A stretch of DNA of 64,000 nucleotides from Felis catus (GCF_018350175.1 NC_058368.1:40054001-40118000); one strand, 5' to 3'; counted from the stretch's first letter, positions 25,559 through 39,417 are shown. The notes: a model not told the origin generated them from the sequence alone. A program made the numbers and translations.

Positions 25559-27699
25559 AGAAGTTAGGGATGCCTTGTGGAGGGAGAAGTGAAGAGGCAA
25601 CGATATTTTCAATGAAGTTTTGAAAATAGGCCACAATTTGTTTGTCACACTGTGCACTAATTTCATTAACTACAATTCACAAATCTTACTTTTGTCCTAT
25701 CGTTCTATCTTGAATAATCAAATAATAGGCCCAACAAGTGCTCCAAAGTCCTACAATATAAAAACTAAACATTTGACTGGATATTGCTTTAAAAACACAA
25801 TTTAACTCTTCATAGTATATATTTGCAGAGGTTAGGAGAAATGGTCTCACTGTTTTTTTTTGTAAATGATTAAAGTTAGTGGTGTCATTGTGATTCTTTC
25901 ACAAGAACATACATTATACAATGAAAATGAAATTCTCAATATTTTTTCTTTCTGAAACATCGTTATCGGTTTTCTCCTTAATGTAAAAGAAATAATGTTT
26001 AGCCTTGCCAAATTTCCTCCTATTCCTTTTTGCTTGCCTCTTTCAAGTGTCTCTGGAAAGATATCAGGCTTCTGTTTATTGCAACTTAGTCAACCTGTAT
26101 ATACTTATTTTCTTCCAGTAGTACTCCAGGTACTCCAAATCAACACTGGTCAAAAAATAACCATTTTCCAAAGAATATAAAATTTGCATTTCAAATACAA
26201 ATTGTTAGAAAAAGAAACACCTGCTATTATTTTGATACAGCCATGTAAGTTAGTTTCATTGAGTTTATAAGGAAGGAACGTCAAATATCATTTAGAGCTT
26301 TGAATTTCATATAATTTTTTCTCACTGCACACCATTTCCCTCAAATTTTACACAAAATGAAAATAAAGAAAAAATAAGTATCAAAACAGAGATTCAAGCA
26401 TTATGCAAATCATCAGATATAGGTGCTGAGTTAAAGCACAAGAAAATGGGTAATCATAACCTTTTGCTTTTCATAAATCTGATCAAATCCCATTGAATTT
26501 AATTTTCGGGGACTGTCTGGTTTCAGTTGATAATGAGCAAGCCATAGTCCTGAGCTTCAAAATCATTATTGATTGTCAGAGAGTTGAATTAGTCTGACTG
26601 AGTCCACAGCAGTCTGGTTCAGAGATGTTTAGATAAGGTAATACATTTATAAACTCATTGGACTGAAAGCTATTGTACTTTCAGGAATTTCAGCTTCAAA
26701 AATATTCATTCTTTATTCAGCTATTTGTCAAAATAATTCTGGATTGCTCTTCCCTCTTTTTCCCTCTCATTTCTTCTCATCTGAGTTAGATACTGTGGTG
26801 TATGTGCTGTTGAAATAAATTTGTCACTCCTTCACATTACATAATATTCACTTAGTTTTAGTAAAACTAGGAAACTCCTTATTCTTTTTCAAAAATGTGG
26901 GTGATGTTATGGACCACTAGTTTTTTTTTTATTTTATATTTCCCCTTCCCTGCTAAAAGAGTTGGTACATCCAGTGAATCTTTGAATTTCAACATCTAGT
27001 GAGGGGGATATCAATGGGCAGAGGAAATCTTTGAACTTGGGCATTGTGACAGCAACGAAGTTGATTTTGATCCAGCAACTGCATCATTTGAGACTGATTT
27101 GAATCAACAGAAAAATCATGTTGAGAATACAGAAACATTAAGAAATTTAATACATATTTCTGAAAACGTAATTTTAGGAAAAATTGCATTATAAGCGATA
27201 TTGTCTCTGGACTCATACATATTTTATTCAATAATATGCAGATGGTAATCTTTTATAAAAGGGTTTTCAGACTTGAGGAGCCACAATTAGGCTATCTTCT
27301 CATATAAATTTCTAACTCGGTGACATAATGGCCAAAGAACAAAAACCACGTAATACTATTTGAAACTATAAATCAAGCTAATATTTTCAAATCAATATTG
27401 GTATCCAACGTAACTTTATATTAAACATATAATTTCAGAGCAACTAAGTGGTTTTTCCACAGACTGAAAGAACTCATTATTTTGGCATTAGCTTGCTCAT
27501 TTTAAAAATGAATAATAACTAATAAGTATGAATTCTAAGCCATCTCACATCTTACTAGGGCACAGATATTTTGCTGTACTTTTTGGAAGGCTAGGACACA
27601 TTTAAATCAATCTGTAAACCTATGTTTTCTCACCTTGTTATTTATCTTCACTAACTTTAAGAAGCACATACATAGTGTGTAAAAACTTCTTCAAAAGCC

Positions 27700-29897
27700 A
27701 TTTTTATCACTTTTTTCCTAAAAAGTCTTTAATTTTCTGGTACAAATTATTTCTTTTTGTGGTCTTCCCAAGTGATATTGTAAATATCATAATTTTATAT
27801 GCCTGACTAGTGTGAAATAACAAGAGTATGATCCCCAATCAAAGAAACAAAAGCTTTGGACGCATTGAAAGGCTCTGATCAAACTGATTATTTTCTGGAA
27901 TATAATGACAAAATACTCTTTCATTAATTAGACAGTGGTTTGGTAAAAATTTTATAGACTTTTAATGATTTATGGTTTTCCATGTTTTCTTATGCAACAT
28001 CCCACCAAACTACAACTTTCCAAAAGTTGTAGTACTGTGTACGTTTTGGTATGACAGAATTTGCGTTTTTTTCCTTTTTTAATTTTTTCCCTTTTTTGAG
28101 AGAGAGAGAGAGTACACATGAGCAGGGAGGGGCAGAGAGAAAGGGAGATAGAGAATCCTAATCAGGCTCCACGTCCAGCACAGAGCCAGATGCAGGGCTC
28201 GATCTCACGACCATGAATGAGATCATGACCTGAGCTGAGATCAAGAGTCAGACATTTAATTGGCTGAGCGACCCAGGCTCCCCAACAGCATTTTTATTTT
28301 AAAACCAGAATTGGACTTAATGTGGCTTTCTTTCTGAAGCTAAAATTTATGCTTTATGTATAGTTTTATGACACTGATATCCTAGTGTCTCATTACCTTT
28401 AATCAAAAGTAATTACAGTCTTACTGAAAAGTAACTTATGTATCAAATAATGAAACTCCAAGTTGTAGTAAAAGTGAAAAAAAAAAGTAAAGGGCAAAAA
28501 CACCTTGCTTCTTTGATTAATGCTTTATGGAATAGAATTTGTATTTAATTAGAATGACTAAAGACCCTTTTTTGGCAATGAGCTCAAAAGAAGCAAGTGT
28601 AATTGTTAGATCTCTTGGTTTTTGTCATTTGTTTACATTGTAATATCAACTAGGTATAGTATGTTGATATGAAATACTTCTGAAATACATACTCTTTTTA
28701 AAAAGTGGAACTTATGCAAAAATTACATACTGCTAGATTGGGTGTTGAAATGACTGGTGTGTTATATTTTTTAAAATCTTCATTTATGGTCAGCATAAAT
28801 TTCCTTTAATTTGTTAAAGGATTTTAATTTTGGGGTTTCCAGTAGGATTTCATTTTGGGGTTTAACATGTATGAAGCCAGTATAAAGTTTTACAATTTGG
28901 TAATTCTGGATTAAGTCTGGATTAAGATGAAAATTGAAATGCAAAGTTTACAGAAGAAAATTAATTTTCTTCTTCTGTAATGTCTAAGTCTTTGTCCTCT
29001 TCATCATCTTCTGTTTGTTGATCCTTTTCTGAGTAGACAGGTGGCTACATGTCCTGTTCAAGATACAGACTTAGCTGACAGTAATCTTTCAAGAGGCCAC
29101 TTTGAATTTGCTCTGACCAGATTTAAACCTGAGGAACAATCTGGTGGTACGGACAATTTTGGAAAAGCTCTAAATCTTCCTCAATAATCTTTCGTATGTT
29201 TTGGTAAGCAGCAGTGTAGACCGTGAATGCTTTGCCAATAAATAACATTTCAATAATGATCTAATCTGAAAATATAGTCTTTAGATCCTTACTGCTTTTC
29301 GAAATTGTCAATAGTTTCCTCCAGATGATGAGCTGTTTGGGTAGCATCCATTGCAGCTCTCTCTGCAATTCAGTTTCTGTCTGTGAAGTAACATGCGGAG
29401 CAGATGGGTTTTGCTGACATGTTCTTTCTGAGTTAATTGTTTAGCTTCTCAATTCCTTGCTGTTAATGTTGCTTTGAAGTCATTTCCTTTCATTCTCGAA
29501 ATCGGTCCGTAAGCTTTCAAAGCTTCAACCACTTCAGCTTCAAATCTTTCAACCTCTGCTTGTAGATAATGCTCAAGTTTGGCAAACTCCTCAGCGAAGT
29601 TTTTCAGGCCCTGCTTTAAATGTGGGGTCTCTGCAGAGGCATACAATTGATTTCATTCACCAGTAGGTCTGCTTTGCCTCACAGTCTGGCAGTTTTCCGC
29701 ACATAAGCAGCAAAGATTTGGCACTGCTCTCCGAAATGCTTCTCCACATTTGTGAGAATATCTTACAGTTGTCTGGTTGGAGCGGCCTGGTTTTCCAAGC
29801 CCCGCCTTCACACCTTGCCTTGTGCTCCACTGGGACCCTGGGCTGGGGCCTTTGACCTGGGTGTGTGCTAAGGGGTGAGTCGCCCTTCCTGGAGCCC
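27700..29897 (-). pseudogene. CIBAR1: Processed pseudogene of CIBAR1/FAM92A (BAR-domain ciliary protein); CDS homology 28961-29813
   Basis: Manual minus-strand translation gives LENQAAPTRQL*DILTNVEKHFGEQCQIFAAYVRKTARL*GKADLLVNEIN, YASAETPHLKQGLKNFAEEFAKL...KATLTARN*EAKQLTQ, AAMDATQTAHHLEETIDNFEKQ, VYTAAYQNI, DQQTEDDEEDKDLDITEEEN*. These are colinear with FAM92A1 and intronless, with several stops and frameshifts and no start ATG. The 3' UTR extent (left boundary) rests on recalled sequence and is approximate. Confidence 0.93.
28066..28283 (-). mobile_element. Can-SINE within the probable 3' UTR of the CIBAR1 retrocopy
   Basis: GA tract, ends gagcgacccaggctcccc; degenerate TSD acagaattt / acagcattt. 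Confidence 0.92.
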
Positions 29898-30111
29898 TTT
29901 TCTTTTATGTTTTATTTTCTAACTGCTTCTTATTTTGTTGTAGTAAAAAATACAACATATGAAATTTATCATCCTGACCACTTTTAAGTGTAGAGTGCAA
30001 GTGATCTCTAAAACACTTTCATCTTGCAAAACAAGCTCTAAAACCATTGAACAACTCTTTCTCCCTCTCTCTCACCTCTGGAAACCACCATTCTACTTTC
30101 TGTTTCCAAAA

Positions 30112-30332
30112 AAATTTTTTTTGACGTTTATTTATTTTTGAGAGAGAGAGAGAGACACAGAGACAGAGCATGAGTGGGGGAGGGGCAGAGGGAGAGGGAA
30201 GCATAATGTGAAGCAGGCTCCAGGCTCTGAGCTGTCAGCACAGAGCCCGACGACACGAGGCTCCAACTCACAAACAGCAAGATCATGTCCGGAGCCCAAG
30301 TCAGACATTCAACTGAGCCACCCAGGCACCCC
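30112..30332 (-). mobile_element. Can-SINE
   Basis: TSD tctgtttccaa / tctgtttctaa. Confidence 0.95.
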
Positions 30333-30417
30333 TCTGTTTCTAAGAATTTGACTACTTTAGATACCTTGTGTAAGTGGAGTAGTGCAGTATTTGTCCTTTT
30401 TGTGACTGGCTCATTTC

Positions 30418-30635
30418 TTTTTAATGTTTATTTACTCATTTTGAGAGAAAGGGAAAGCTTGTGCTGGCAAGACTAGGGAAGGGGCAGAGAGAGAGGGAGA
30501 GAGAGAGGATGACAAGCAGGTTCCACACTATCGGGACAGAGCCCTGTGCAGGGCTCCTTCTCACAAACCGCGAGATCATGACTTGAGCCAAAATCAAGAG
30601 TCAGATGCTTAACTGATTGAACCATCCAGGTGCCC
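30418..30635 (-). mobile_element. Can-SINE
   Basis: TSD gtgactggctcatttc / gtgactggcttatttc. Confidence 0.95.
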
Positions 30636-33600
30636 GTGACTGGCTTATTTCGCTTAACATAATGTCCTTCAAGTTTCATGTCCTAGCACGGGACAGGATT
30701 TCCTCAGTAACATTTAGAATGCCATAATTACTTTGATGTATTTCTTAAAAAGTTATTTAAGTAATTCAGAATTTTTTTTTATATTTTAAAGCAAAGAAAC
30801 ATCTTTGTAAATGATACCTAAAAGAGAACACCCATTATATAAAGCCAATAATGATGATCATTTACGTATAACTTTGTTATGTGCAATTTTATTTAATAAT
30901 ATTTTTAAAAAATTAATGAGTACAATGAGTCACTAAAATTATTATAATAATATCATGACACAGCATGCTATGAATTCACTTTTTCATTTGAGTTTTACCT
31001 CCTGTTGTGTGCACAGATAGAGCAGATGCTCTCAAATATTTACTTGAGTGCAGGTCACATGTATTATAATGACATATTTGATTGTATGGAAAAGACTAAA
31101 ATCATTTCCCTCCTAATAGGTGAAATATTTACAGAAAATGGTTGCATTATGTACGTGCTAAATTACAAATTAGCTAAATTACAAATTAATGAATTAAAAA
31201 AAATATTCCCTGTGCCTAAAACAATAGAAATAGTTGATAAAAATTTGTGGAGAGCTGGTGCTTGGTCATCTGTAGGGAACAAAAGAGACAGATCTCAAAC
31301 TAATTCTTGTTTCTAGCCACGGTGAATAGCAATAGTATTTATTTTTCAAGAATAAGAAACTTATAGGAATGTACAAGTTTTTAAAGGGATAATAACTTCA
31401 GTTTGGAAAATCTTGGGTTTTGGAGATCAGTTGAGTGCTCCAGGTGGAAATATTTGGCTAAAGTTGTATGTATGGATTCAGATTTTAGGAGAGTTATGGA
31501 CTTGGAGATATTGATTTGGAAGTTAATACAAGCAAAAAGTCTACATAATGAGAAGGTAGAGTCCAATTGTCTATGGAATGAGCCTAGTTCCTAATCACAG
31601 TTAATTTATAATCTAGTCAAGAATAATCAAGAATTGACTACGTATTTCAAAAGAACAAGTGAACCAAACTTGTGCTGAAATACTTGTAAAGCCTCTATGG
31701 AAACCAGCTTGAAAAAAATTTTATCTCGTAGGATAAACTGAAAGTAGAATTTAGCCAAATTTTTCACAATAGCTCCAGTTATCTTTCTAAATACTTTTGT
31801 ACTTAAAATAATTTAGTGCCTTCCTACTGTGCACAGAATATTTAAAATATGTGCTTGAAATACTTTATGTAGATGTCACTTATATATTATTTATCTCCCT
31901 GTATTATACATATTTTTTATCTTAGTTTTATTTTATTTTTTTGCCTTCACAAATTGTGAGATACTTGAGGTCAGGGACAAAATTATATTCCTAAGTGCTA
32001 AATGTCATTGACTTTATTTATAGTGAAACTTCTTTTTGAAACCCTAAAAAATGTGAAATTGTGACTGACATCCAAGATATGTTTACTGACTTAGAAAGTG
32101 ACCTGAAGATGAAAGTCTACTGATGTGTGTTTGGCACCCACCAACTTGTCGCTGCTGTTGCTGGTCTCCCAAGTAATGAGCAATAATGATTTCTCCATCT
32201 GATCAGTCTTCCTTGTTGTAAAGTCGCTTCCTGATCTGCAAGGACTATAGCGTTTACTCAGTCAGACAGAACAGAGTTTAACTGATTATTGTGTGCGTGT
32301 ATGTGTGTGTCTGTGTGCTCTGAATTGAGATTCACCTGGGCCTGGAGAAATGATCTTATTTAGTGTAACTATCTCTTCACAGACTTGGGAATTTCAATTC
32401 CTTTGTCCATGTTTATTCTAGTCTTTCCATCTTGCAAACAGTATTCTTAATAGAAAATTTGAAGCACATTTAAAGATGACTGCTTTTATTCTTTCTATAT
32501 CATCTTTAGTTGAGATATCATTTGTCCTACACTTTTTAGCTCTTCTTCTTCTTTTTTTCCATAACATGCTTCACAAAAGGGACTTTTAAAAGGATGTTAG
32601 TATTTCCTACACTCCTCTGTCATTTAGGTTCAGATTTTTCTGAATCTCTTCTTAAAGTCTATGCTGTTAATTTGTCTTGGGTTTTACATCACAACTGCTG
32701 TCTTACATACATCCCTTTAAAACTGGGCTTGCCAGAAAATAATCTTTGCGGCTATATGAATTTCTTTAGATTCTTCACTATCTTTTGTTCCTGTTTTACT
32801 TTGTTTGCTTGTTTGTCTGAGTAGGAAGATTGAATTAATCAGAAACAATAACAGTAAAGTCCTTGTACCCTGAGGCCTAATAGTAACTTAAACCCCTGCC
32901 AACATCTGAATCTAAGCCTGGTATTTGGGCATATTTCACCTAGGTAAAACTTTAAATATGCACTTTTTAAAGTACATATCCTTACTTTCTCATTTTGGAT
33001 GATATATAGCATACTGCTTGTTAGAAAAGGTTATTTATAAGATTTTTAGACACCTGCAATGCAATCTGCTTGAGGATTATTACAATAGCCTGATTTAAAT
33101 ATCAATTTGTCAGTTTGAAGAATTAGATTTCTACAGTATATCAAAATTGACTTCTGGTTCTTAATAAGATGACAAACTAGTGTGGGCTGCTGATTCCCTC
33201 TTTCCAGTGTAACCCTAGAGATGCTGTAGGTGGAAGACTGACAGACTTGAGATACTCATATAGATTTTTTGAAAAAACACTAAAGAAATGGAAGTGTCAC
33301 AGAGGTATAAAATGGCAGCCCAGAGCACCTAAGGGACCATGGTTATTTATGGGAGTCTGTGGGTAGAGCCATTTTGTTATACAAATTTTGGACCCTCCCA
33401 TTACTAAGTCCCTCTTTTTCCACCCTTTTACCACTGAGAGGCAGAACAATAGAACTCAGGTTCTCTGAGGGATGGATTCAGTGGGAGAGACTAATAATAT
33501 TTTATGAGGATCTTATAACCAAAAGGATATTACTGTGCATGCTCTTGATACTCCTTTCTGAGCCCATTCCCACGGGACACATAACCAGAGGAATCTGCAC

Positions 33601-33887
33601 TGGAAGTACAGAGAGCTCCCTGGGAAGCAGAATCCCCTAATGGAAAATAAATGGGTGTGAAGCATTGGATGGGAGCTTGTCAGAGAAGCTTTCAGAACAG
33701 AGTTGTGTCACTGTCCCACCTTCCCACATCAGCAGGATTTTACCTGGGATCAAATTAATATGAGAGAAAAGCAAGATTCAAGAAAAAAAGAAATCATCAG
33801 GGAAAAGTGGGATTTTTAAATACTGGTAAAAGAAAGACCTATTCAATAAAATACAACGTCTATAAATATATATTTAAAAAGGCAATA

Positions 33888-34117
33888 AGGGTGCCTGGGT
33901 GGCTTAAGCAGTCGGTTAAGCAGTTAAGCCTCTGACTTTAGCTCAGGTCATGATCTCATGGTTTGTGGGTTCGAGCCATGCATCAGGCTCTGTGCTGACA
34001 ACTCAGATCCTGGAGCCTGCTTCGAATTCTGTGTCTCCCTCTCTCTCCGTCCCTCCCCTGCTCTCTCTCTCTCTTTCTCTCTCAAAAACAAACAGTAAAA
34101 AAAGTTAAAAAAAAAAA
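33888..34117 (+). mobile_element. Can-SINE
   Basis: Head with short internal duplications (ttaagcagtcggttaagcagttaag), CT tract, A tail. Confidence 0.93.
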
Positions 34118-34579
34118 GCAATATAATTCAAGTATGCTCGGAAGTTTTAGCACGTTTCCCAAAAAATGATAGATTTGGCAGACAAAAGATAAGCAAAGTT
34201 ATTGAAGATTTGAATAATTAATAGTTAGAATTAATAGCTATATATTTATGCCAACAGCATGGGTAGATTTATTCTTATCGTGTACATTTGAACTTGAGAA
34301 AATTAAGCAACTATCCGCTCATAATGGCACCCCCCAAGAACCTTATTTATAAGGTCCAAAAGAAATAATATCATATTTCATAACCAAATAAATACTAGAT
34401 ATCAATAAGAAAGGATAAATTAAAAACTAACAATCATAAAACTTGTGTCTATAAAAAATACAATACAATACAAAAAAATAATTCTTGAGTTAAAGAGAAA
34501 AATCAGGAAGTAATTATTTAAACCAAAAAACTGAAGTTCAAATCAAGCCTGTAAACCAATATCAAGTAATTAACCTTAT

Positions 34580-36180
34580 TTGACCCTTGAGCAGAATTTA
34601 ATATCATTGAGAATTTCCTTTTTCTTGAAACACAACTCTTTCTTTGGCCTCTGTGACAATAGCTTTGTCTATCTTTATGGCCTGTTTCCTCAGGTTCCTT
34701 GCAAATTAATCCTTCTTAGTCCTCCCATGAAATGTTTTAATTCCTCAGGATCATCCCAAGACCTTATTCTCTATTTTTTCTTTTCTGTACTCTTAGACAT
34801 ACTCATCCATATACTTGTCTTTAATGATCAAATGCTTACAAAATACTTCCAAAATACTTCTATTCTATACCTTTCTTTTGAGTGCCAAACACCTATGTAC
34901 CAATTGTCTATTTGACATCTCTGCTTGATTATGTAAAGGCAGATGTAACTTAAAGAAGACTCCAAAGAATATCCTTGTGACCTTTATCCCTTAACCAGAG
35001 TCCTCTTTAATGATGCTGTAAACAATGTCCAATATATCAATGTTATATTAATAAAACATTAACATATTGATATGATACTAGCATCTTGTGCAGTATATGT
35101 TCTCTATACTCGATGATATTTTTTCACAATTTATTCATATACTTTCATGTAGTCTTTTCAACACTCCATAACCTGGGTTATTAATTGTAATCAGATCTTA
35201 AAGACTTAAAATTATTTATAGAGAAATTTTGTAATTTGCTCAAGCTCACATAATTAGGAAGTCACTGAGATGAGCTACAAACCCAAGTAATCTGACTTCA
35301 GAGCCTTCACCACAATCTCTCAGCACACATAACTGAATCCTGCCAAGTCCAGCTGAACAATTTCTGAGTCCTGCCTATTCTACAATATTCACTAAATATC
35401 TGTATCACTGACAGTACTTAGATTGTTGTAACAAATACCCCCCTAATGTGAAATAGCTCAAACCAACTCAAAAAAATATTTTGTTCAGAAAATATTCCCA
35501 GATGGGACACACCTGGTTGTGGATGACTCCCTTTCATTCAGTGGTTCTGAGATGCAATCTCCTTCTGTCATACAGCCTTTGCCTTTCCCTCTGATTGTAC
35601 TACAGCTGTGTCAGGATGGTAAAAGGGTGAGAGCATAGTGGGTACATGTTGGCTTTTTTTAATGAGCTACTCTTGGAAGTGGCTCATGTCCCTTCTGCAC
35701 AAAGCCATTATTTATAACTCATTCAACAGATAACACTCTTTAGGTAACTGAGGAAAGGGTTGGGAAATCTACTCTCACTGTATACTATTCTTGCTCTTGT
35801 ATAAAGCTATCGTCACTTTTCACATAGTTTACTTATATAGTCTCCCAAATATCCCTTTTGTATTTTTCTTGCTCTTTTCTAATTTGTTATCTACTTAAAA
35901 CCTAACCTGATCACATAATTTTCTTGCTAAAACCTCTTCAATCCTTTCCATTGCTGTGAGAAGTCCTCAAGTCTAGCAAGCCTTGGCCTCCACTTACATT
36001 TCCAACCTCATCACACTCCATACTCTCTTTTTTTCTGAACTCCAGATGTGCAGACTTATCTTTGAGTTTGTAAACACGACTTGCTTCCTCTGGCCACCGA
36101 TAATCTTTGTACATGCTGATTCATCTCCCTACCATGCTGTCCCAAGTCCTGACCAGTTCTAACTCATTTTTCAGAACAAA
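34580..36180. mobile_element. Mosaic of ancient repeats (L2 fragments, MIR ~35100-35320, probable MaLR fragment ~35400-35780)
   Basis: L2-like cttgaaacacaactctttctttggcctctgtgac and aaaacctcttcaatcctttccattgc; MIR-like gtaatttgctcaagctcacataattaggaagt...aaacccaagtaatctgacttcagagcc. Confidence 0.55.
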
Positions 36181-36713
36181 TAAACACCTCACTTCCTTGG
36201 GGAAGCTTCCATAACATTCCCTTTTTGAAGCACATCCAAAATTTTGAAGTTGGTTTCTCTCATATTCTTACTGCATATTTAATGTTCTTTTCCTACATTA
36301 TAACACTGCTTTAATTCTAATAGTACGTATTAACATGCATATTAGACTACTTAGGGATGGACATATAAATATCTGTTCTTCACAAATTTTTCTGTCATTC
36401 TAGTGCCAGAAAGTATAGTTTTTCTCTGGGGTTAAATGTAGGATACAGAAGTGGCCTTCATGAAAAAAAAAGTGTATATCAGAATAAGGGGAACTATTCC
36501 AAAAGGAGGACACACCCAGAAATTTTAGCAGGAATTTTGTGGCAAGATTCTAAATTGTATGGGTATATCAAAAATTATGTGTATGGGGTACATTAAGACA
36601 AAACAGATTGTTGTCAGAGTTTGCTTTAATATCTGGCTCTTCTAACTTCCAAATTTTTGTTAAGTTGATCACACTCTCAAAGAATTAGTGTGTGATTTTT
36701 AAGGTGCATTTTA

Positions 36714-36944
36714 GGGGCGTCTGGGGGGCACAGTCAGTTAAGTGTCCAACTCTTGATTTCTGCTTAGGTCATGATCTCACGGTTCATTAGATTGAGTTCC
36801 ATGTCAGGCTCTGTGTTGACAGCACAGAGCCTACTTGGTGTTCTCTCTCTCTCTCTCTCTCTCTCTCTGCCCCTCCCCCACTTGTGAGCTCCCTCACTCT
36901 CTCTTGCTCTCTCTCTCTTTTACTTTAAATAAGTAAACATTAAA
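36714..36944 (+). mobile_element. Can-SINE
   Basis: ggggcgtctggggggcacag head, long CT tract. Confidence 0.92.
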
Positions 36945-38346
36945 TACATTCTAGTTCATGTTTATAGCCTACCAACTTGTTCAGACATTAACCAGATGAT
37001 CATAAAACATACATAGAAAGAATTGGCCTTTTAAATCTCAATGAAACTTGAATCATCTTTGTTCCCCACCAGGAAATTTTGAGAGATAGAAAGAAGTTGG
37101 GGGAAAAATGATTCCTTCCCCTCCATATCTAAAATCAAGAATTCATTAAAATATATGAAGTATTTATTTTATGGCTCTTTTTGCACAAAACATCACATTT
37201 TTACAAGATGCAAGGAATATAAAGATGAAACAAAGATAAGGCCCATACCCTTCAGCTGAATCACTTAGCAAGCAGGATTAGAAGAAAGAATCTTCAATAG
37301 TGGGGTTTTTCTTACCGTAAAGGTGGCAATGACAGTAGGAGAGAATCCCAAGCAGCTGTTGAAGGATAAGGTGAAATAGGGAAGCCACAGGCATTTGGGC
37401 AGAAGGTACTCTTAGCACAACACAAAACAATTTCACATAGTCACGGATGTTTGGAAAGTGAAAGCAGCAGACAGACCACCCTGTGTGTGATCATCTGAGA
37501 TGCATTGGCTCAGTTTCAGCAAAACTGTCATGTAGCCTCAGGGACAGATCCATAAAAGAGAAAGCTGAAATTGGGTGGATGCTTATAGCTTCTCAAATCC
37601 TGTTTGGGGAGAAAGGGAAAAAGGCTTGGAAAAAGGCCATAAATCAGCATGTATGAAAGGTCATCCAATATGTTTTCATCAAATTCCTAATAAAAATGAT
37701 AGTGTCAACACCTGCTAAGAAAAGCAAAGACTAAATCAGTTCTCTACACAAACAGTGTCGAACATTGTCCTTTTCAGTTTCCTCAGTTTGTCAAGCAGGT
37801 TGTGCTACTGACCACAGCCTGGTTTATGAATATTGAGGACTGAATTCACCACATTGGTCTAGAATGGTCATAAATCACCTCTTCAGTTTTCTTAAAACAA
37901 ATCGTTCCCTTTCTTCCAACACAACCCGGAGAGAAAGAACAAAACACTTGTATTTCTACATGATGGGTATTTTTAAAAACTCTCTTTCCCAGGTCATTTT
38001 TACTAGGGCTTATTTAGTGATTGTCTTATGCTGTGTTCTGAATCCATAGTGCAATTTCTTATTTCAATATTTGACATTGAGACAGAGAATGACTAAAATC
38101 TGAAATTATGCATTTCATGAAATATGTATATATGTATATATACACACATAGATATAATTATTACTTGTCACACAAATAAAGGGAATTGACTTTCAAAATG
38201 TAAGTTTTGAACCCCATGAAATTTAAAATATCTTCTTTTGAAATCTTCTGTTTCCAGATGATAGATATTCTATTAAATCTTATTTAGAGAAAAAAATAGA
38301 AAATAAACAGAAAGAAGACAGAAGAAGGAGGGAGGGAAAGAAGGAG

Positions 38347-38348
38347 GA

Positions 38349-38400
<52 letters not shown>
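38347..38400. repeat. (GAAA)n tetranucleotide microsatellite
   Basis: About 13 GAAA units within a longer purine-rich tract. Confidence 0.97.
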
Positions 38401-39417
38401 GAAGGGATGTAAAGTGACATACGTTATTAAATACATTATTAAAATATAGAAATACATTACAATTCCCTGAGATATAGTCCAAATTCCTAAAACTGCACTG
38501 GGAGCTGGAAAGCAATTCCATCTCAAGGCAGATGTGACCTGGTCCTCTTTGCAGTGCTGAATGACATCCTATTACAGGCCTCCTCTGATAATATCCTCTC
38601 TTCTCTTTCACCTCAGACTCGTTTTCTCTAATTCTCTGTGTGCATAGCTATATATGGGAACCCCACAATTCAAGCATTAAGAGAGAACCACAAATATGTC
38701 ACAATCCCAGATACAATTTTAGATGACAGAGCTTCTCTTCAGCCCCATTTGAATCAGGTGTCTAACCCTCTTACCTACAGGTATGGCTAACGATAAAGGG
38801 TCATGGTTGTTGGGGGGGGGGGTGTCACATCTCAGGGTGGGAAAAGTTGTCAGTAAAATGCAAGTGGATTATGCTCCTAATAAACCATTTAAACTATCAT
38901 TTAAAAATAAATAAATAGAAGTGAATTGCCATTTAAATGATTCTATTCTCACATATGAAGTTAGTGAGCTCTCACATGTCTATACAAATGGTGTACAACA
39001 GTGAGAAGTATTGAGAGCTTTGTTCCAAATATAATAACCTAACATCGATTAAGCTATGACATTTTTGAATCCTTTATTGAATAATTCATATGCGATTAAA
39101 CTACACATAATTAAAAGTGAACAAAATCATAAGTTTTGACATAGATTCACCCATGAAGACACATTAAAATCAAAGACAATGAACATATGTACTCCAACTC
39201 TTTCCTCATGCCTCTTTATAATTTTTCCAAACTGCTCTCTACCAAGCATTCCCCATCCCTAGGCAGCCACTGATACACTTCCTGTTGTTAAAAACAAAAT
39301 TTTATTTGTAGAAATGTATATAAATGTAGAATAATAAGCATCTATTGTTTTGTCTCTCCTTTTACTCAGCATACTTTTTCTGAGATATATTCATATCGGT
39401 GCATATATTCAATACTT

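Larger units (their letters stand above)
29930..30705 (-). mobile_element. LINE-1 3' UTR fragment interrupted by two SINEs
   Basis: ttgttgtagtaaaaaatacaacatatgaaatttatcatcctgaccacttttaagtgta; ctggaaaccaccattctactttctgtttc; gtgactggcttatttcgcttaacataatgtc. Confidence 0.85.

Noticed and set aside
27000..27195. Acidic open stretch (WAEEIFELGHCDSNEVDFD...) on the plus strand
   Set aside because: Bounded by stops, with no start or convincing splice sites and no family recognised.
29449..29646. 65-aa ORF as a functional CIBAR1 exon or gene
   Set aside because: It is a fragment of an intronless copy flanked by in-frame stops and frameshifts.
38273..38611. ORFs with FLSF repeats
   Set aside because: Translation of the (GAAA)n microsatellite.
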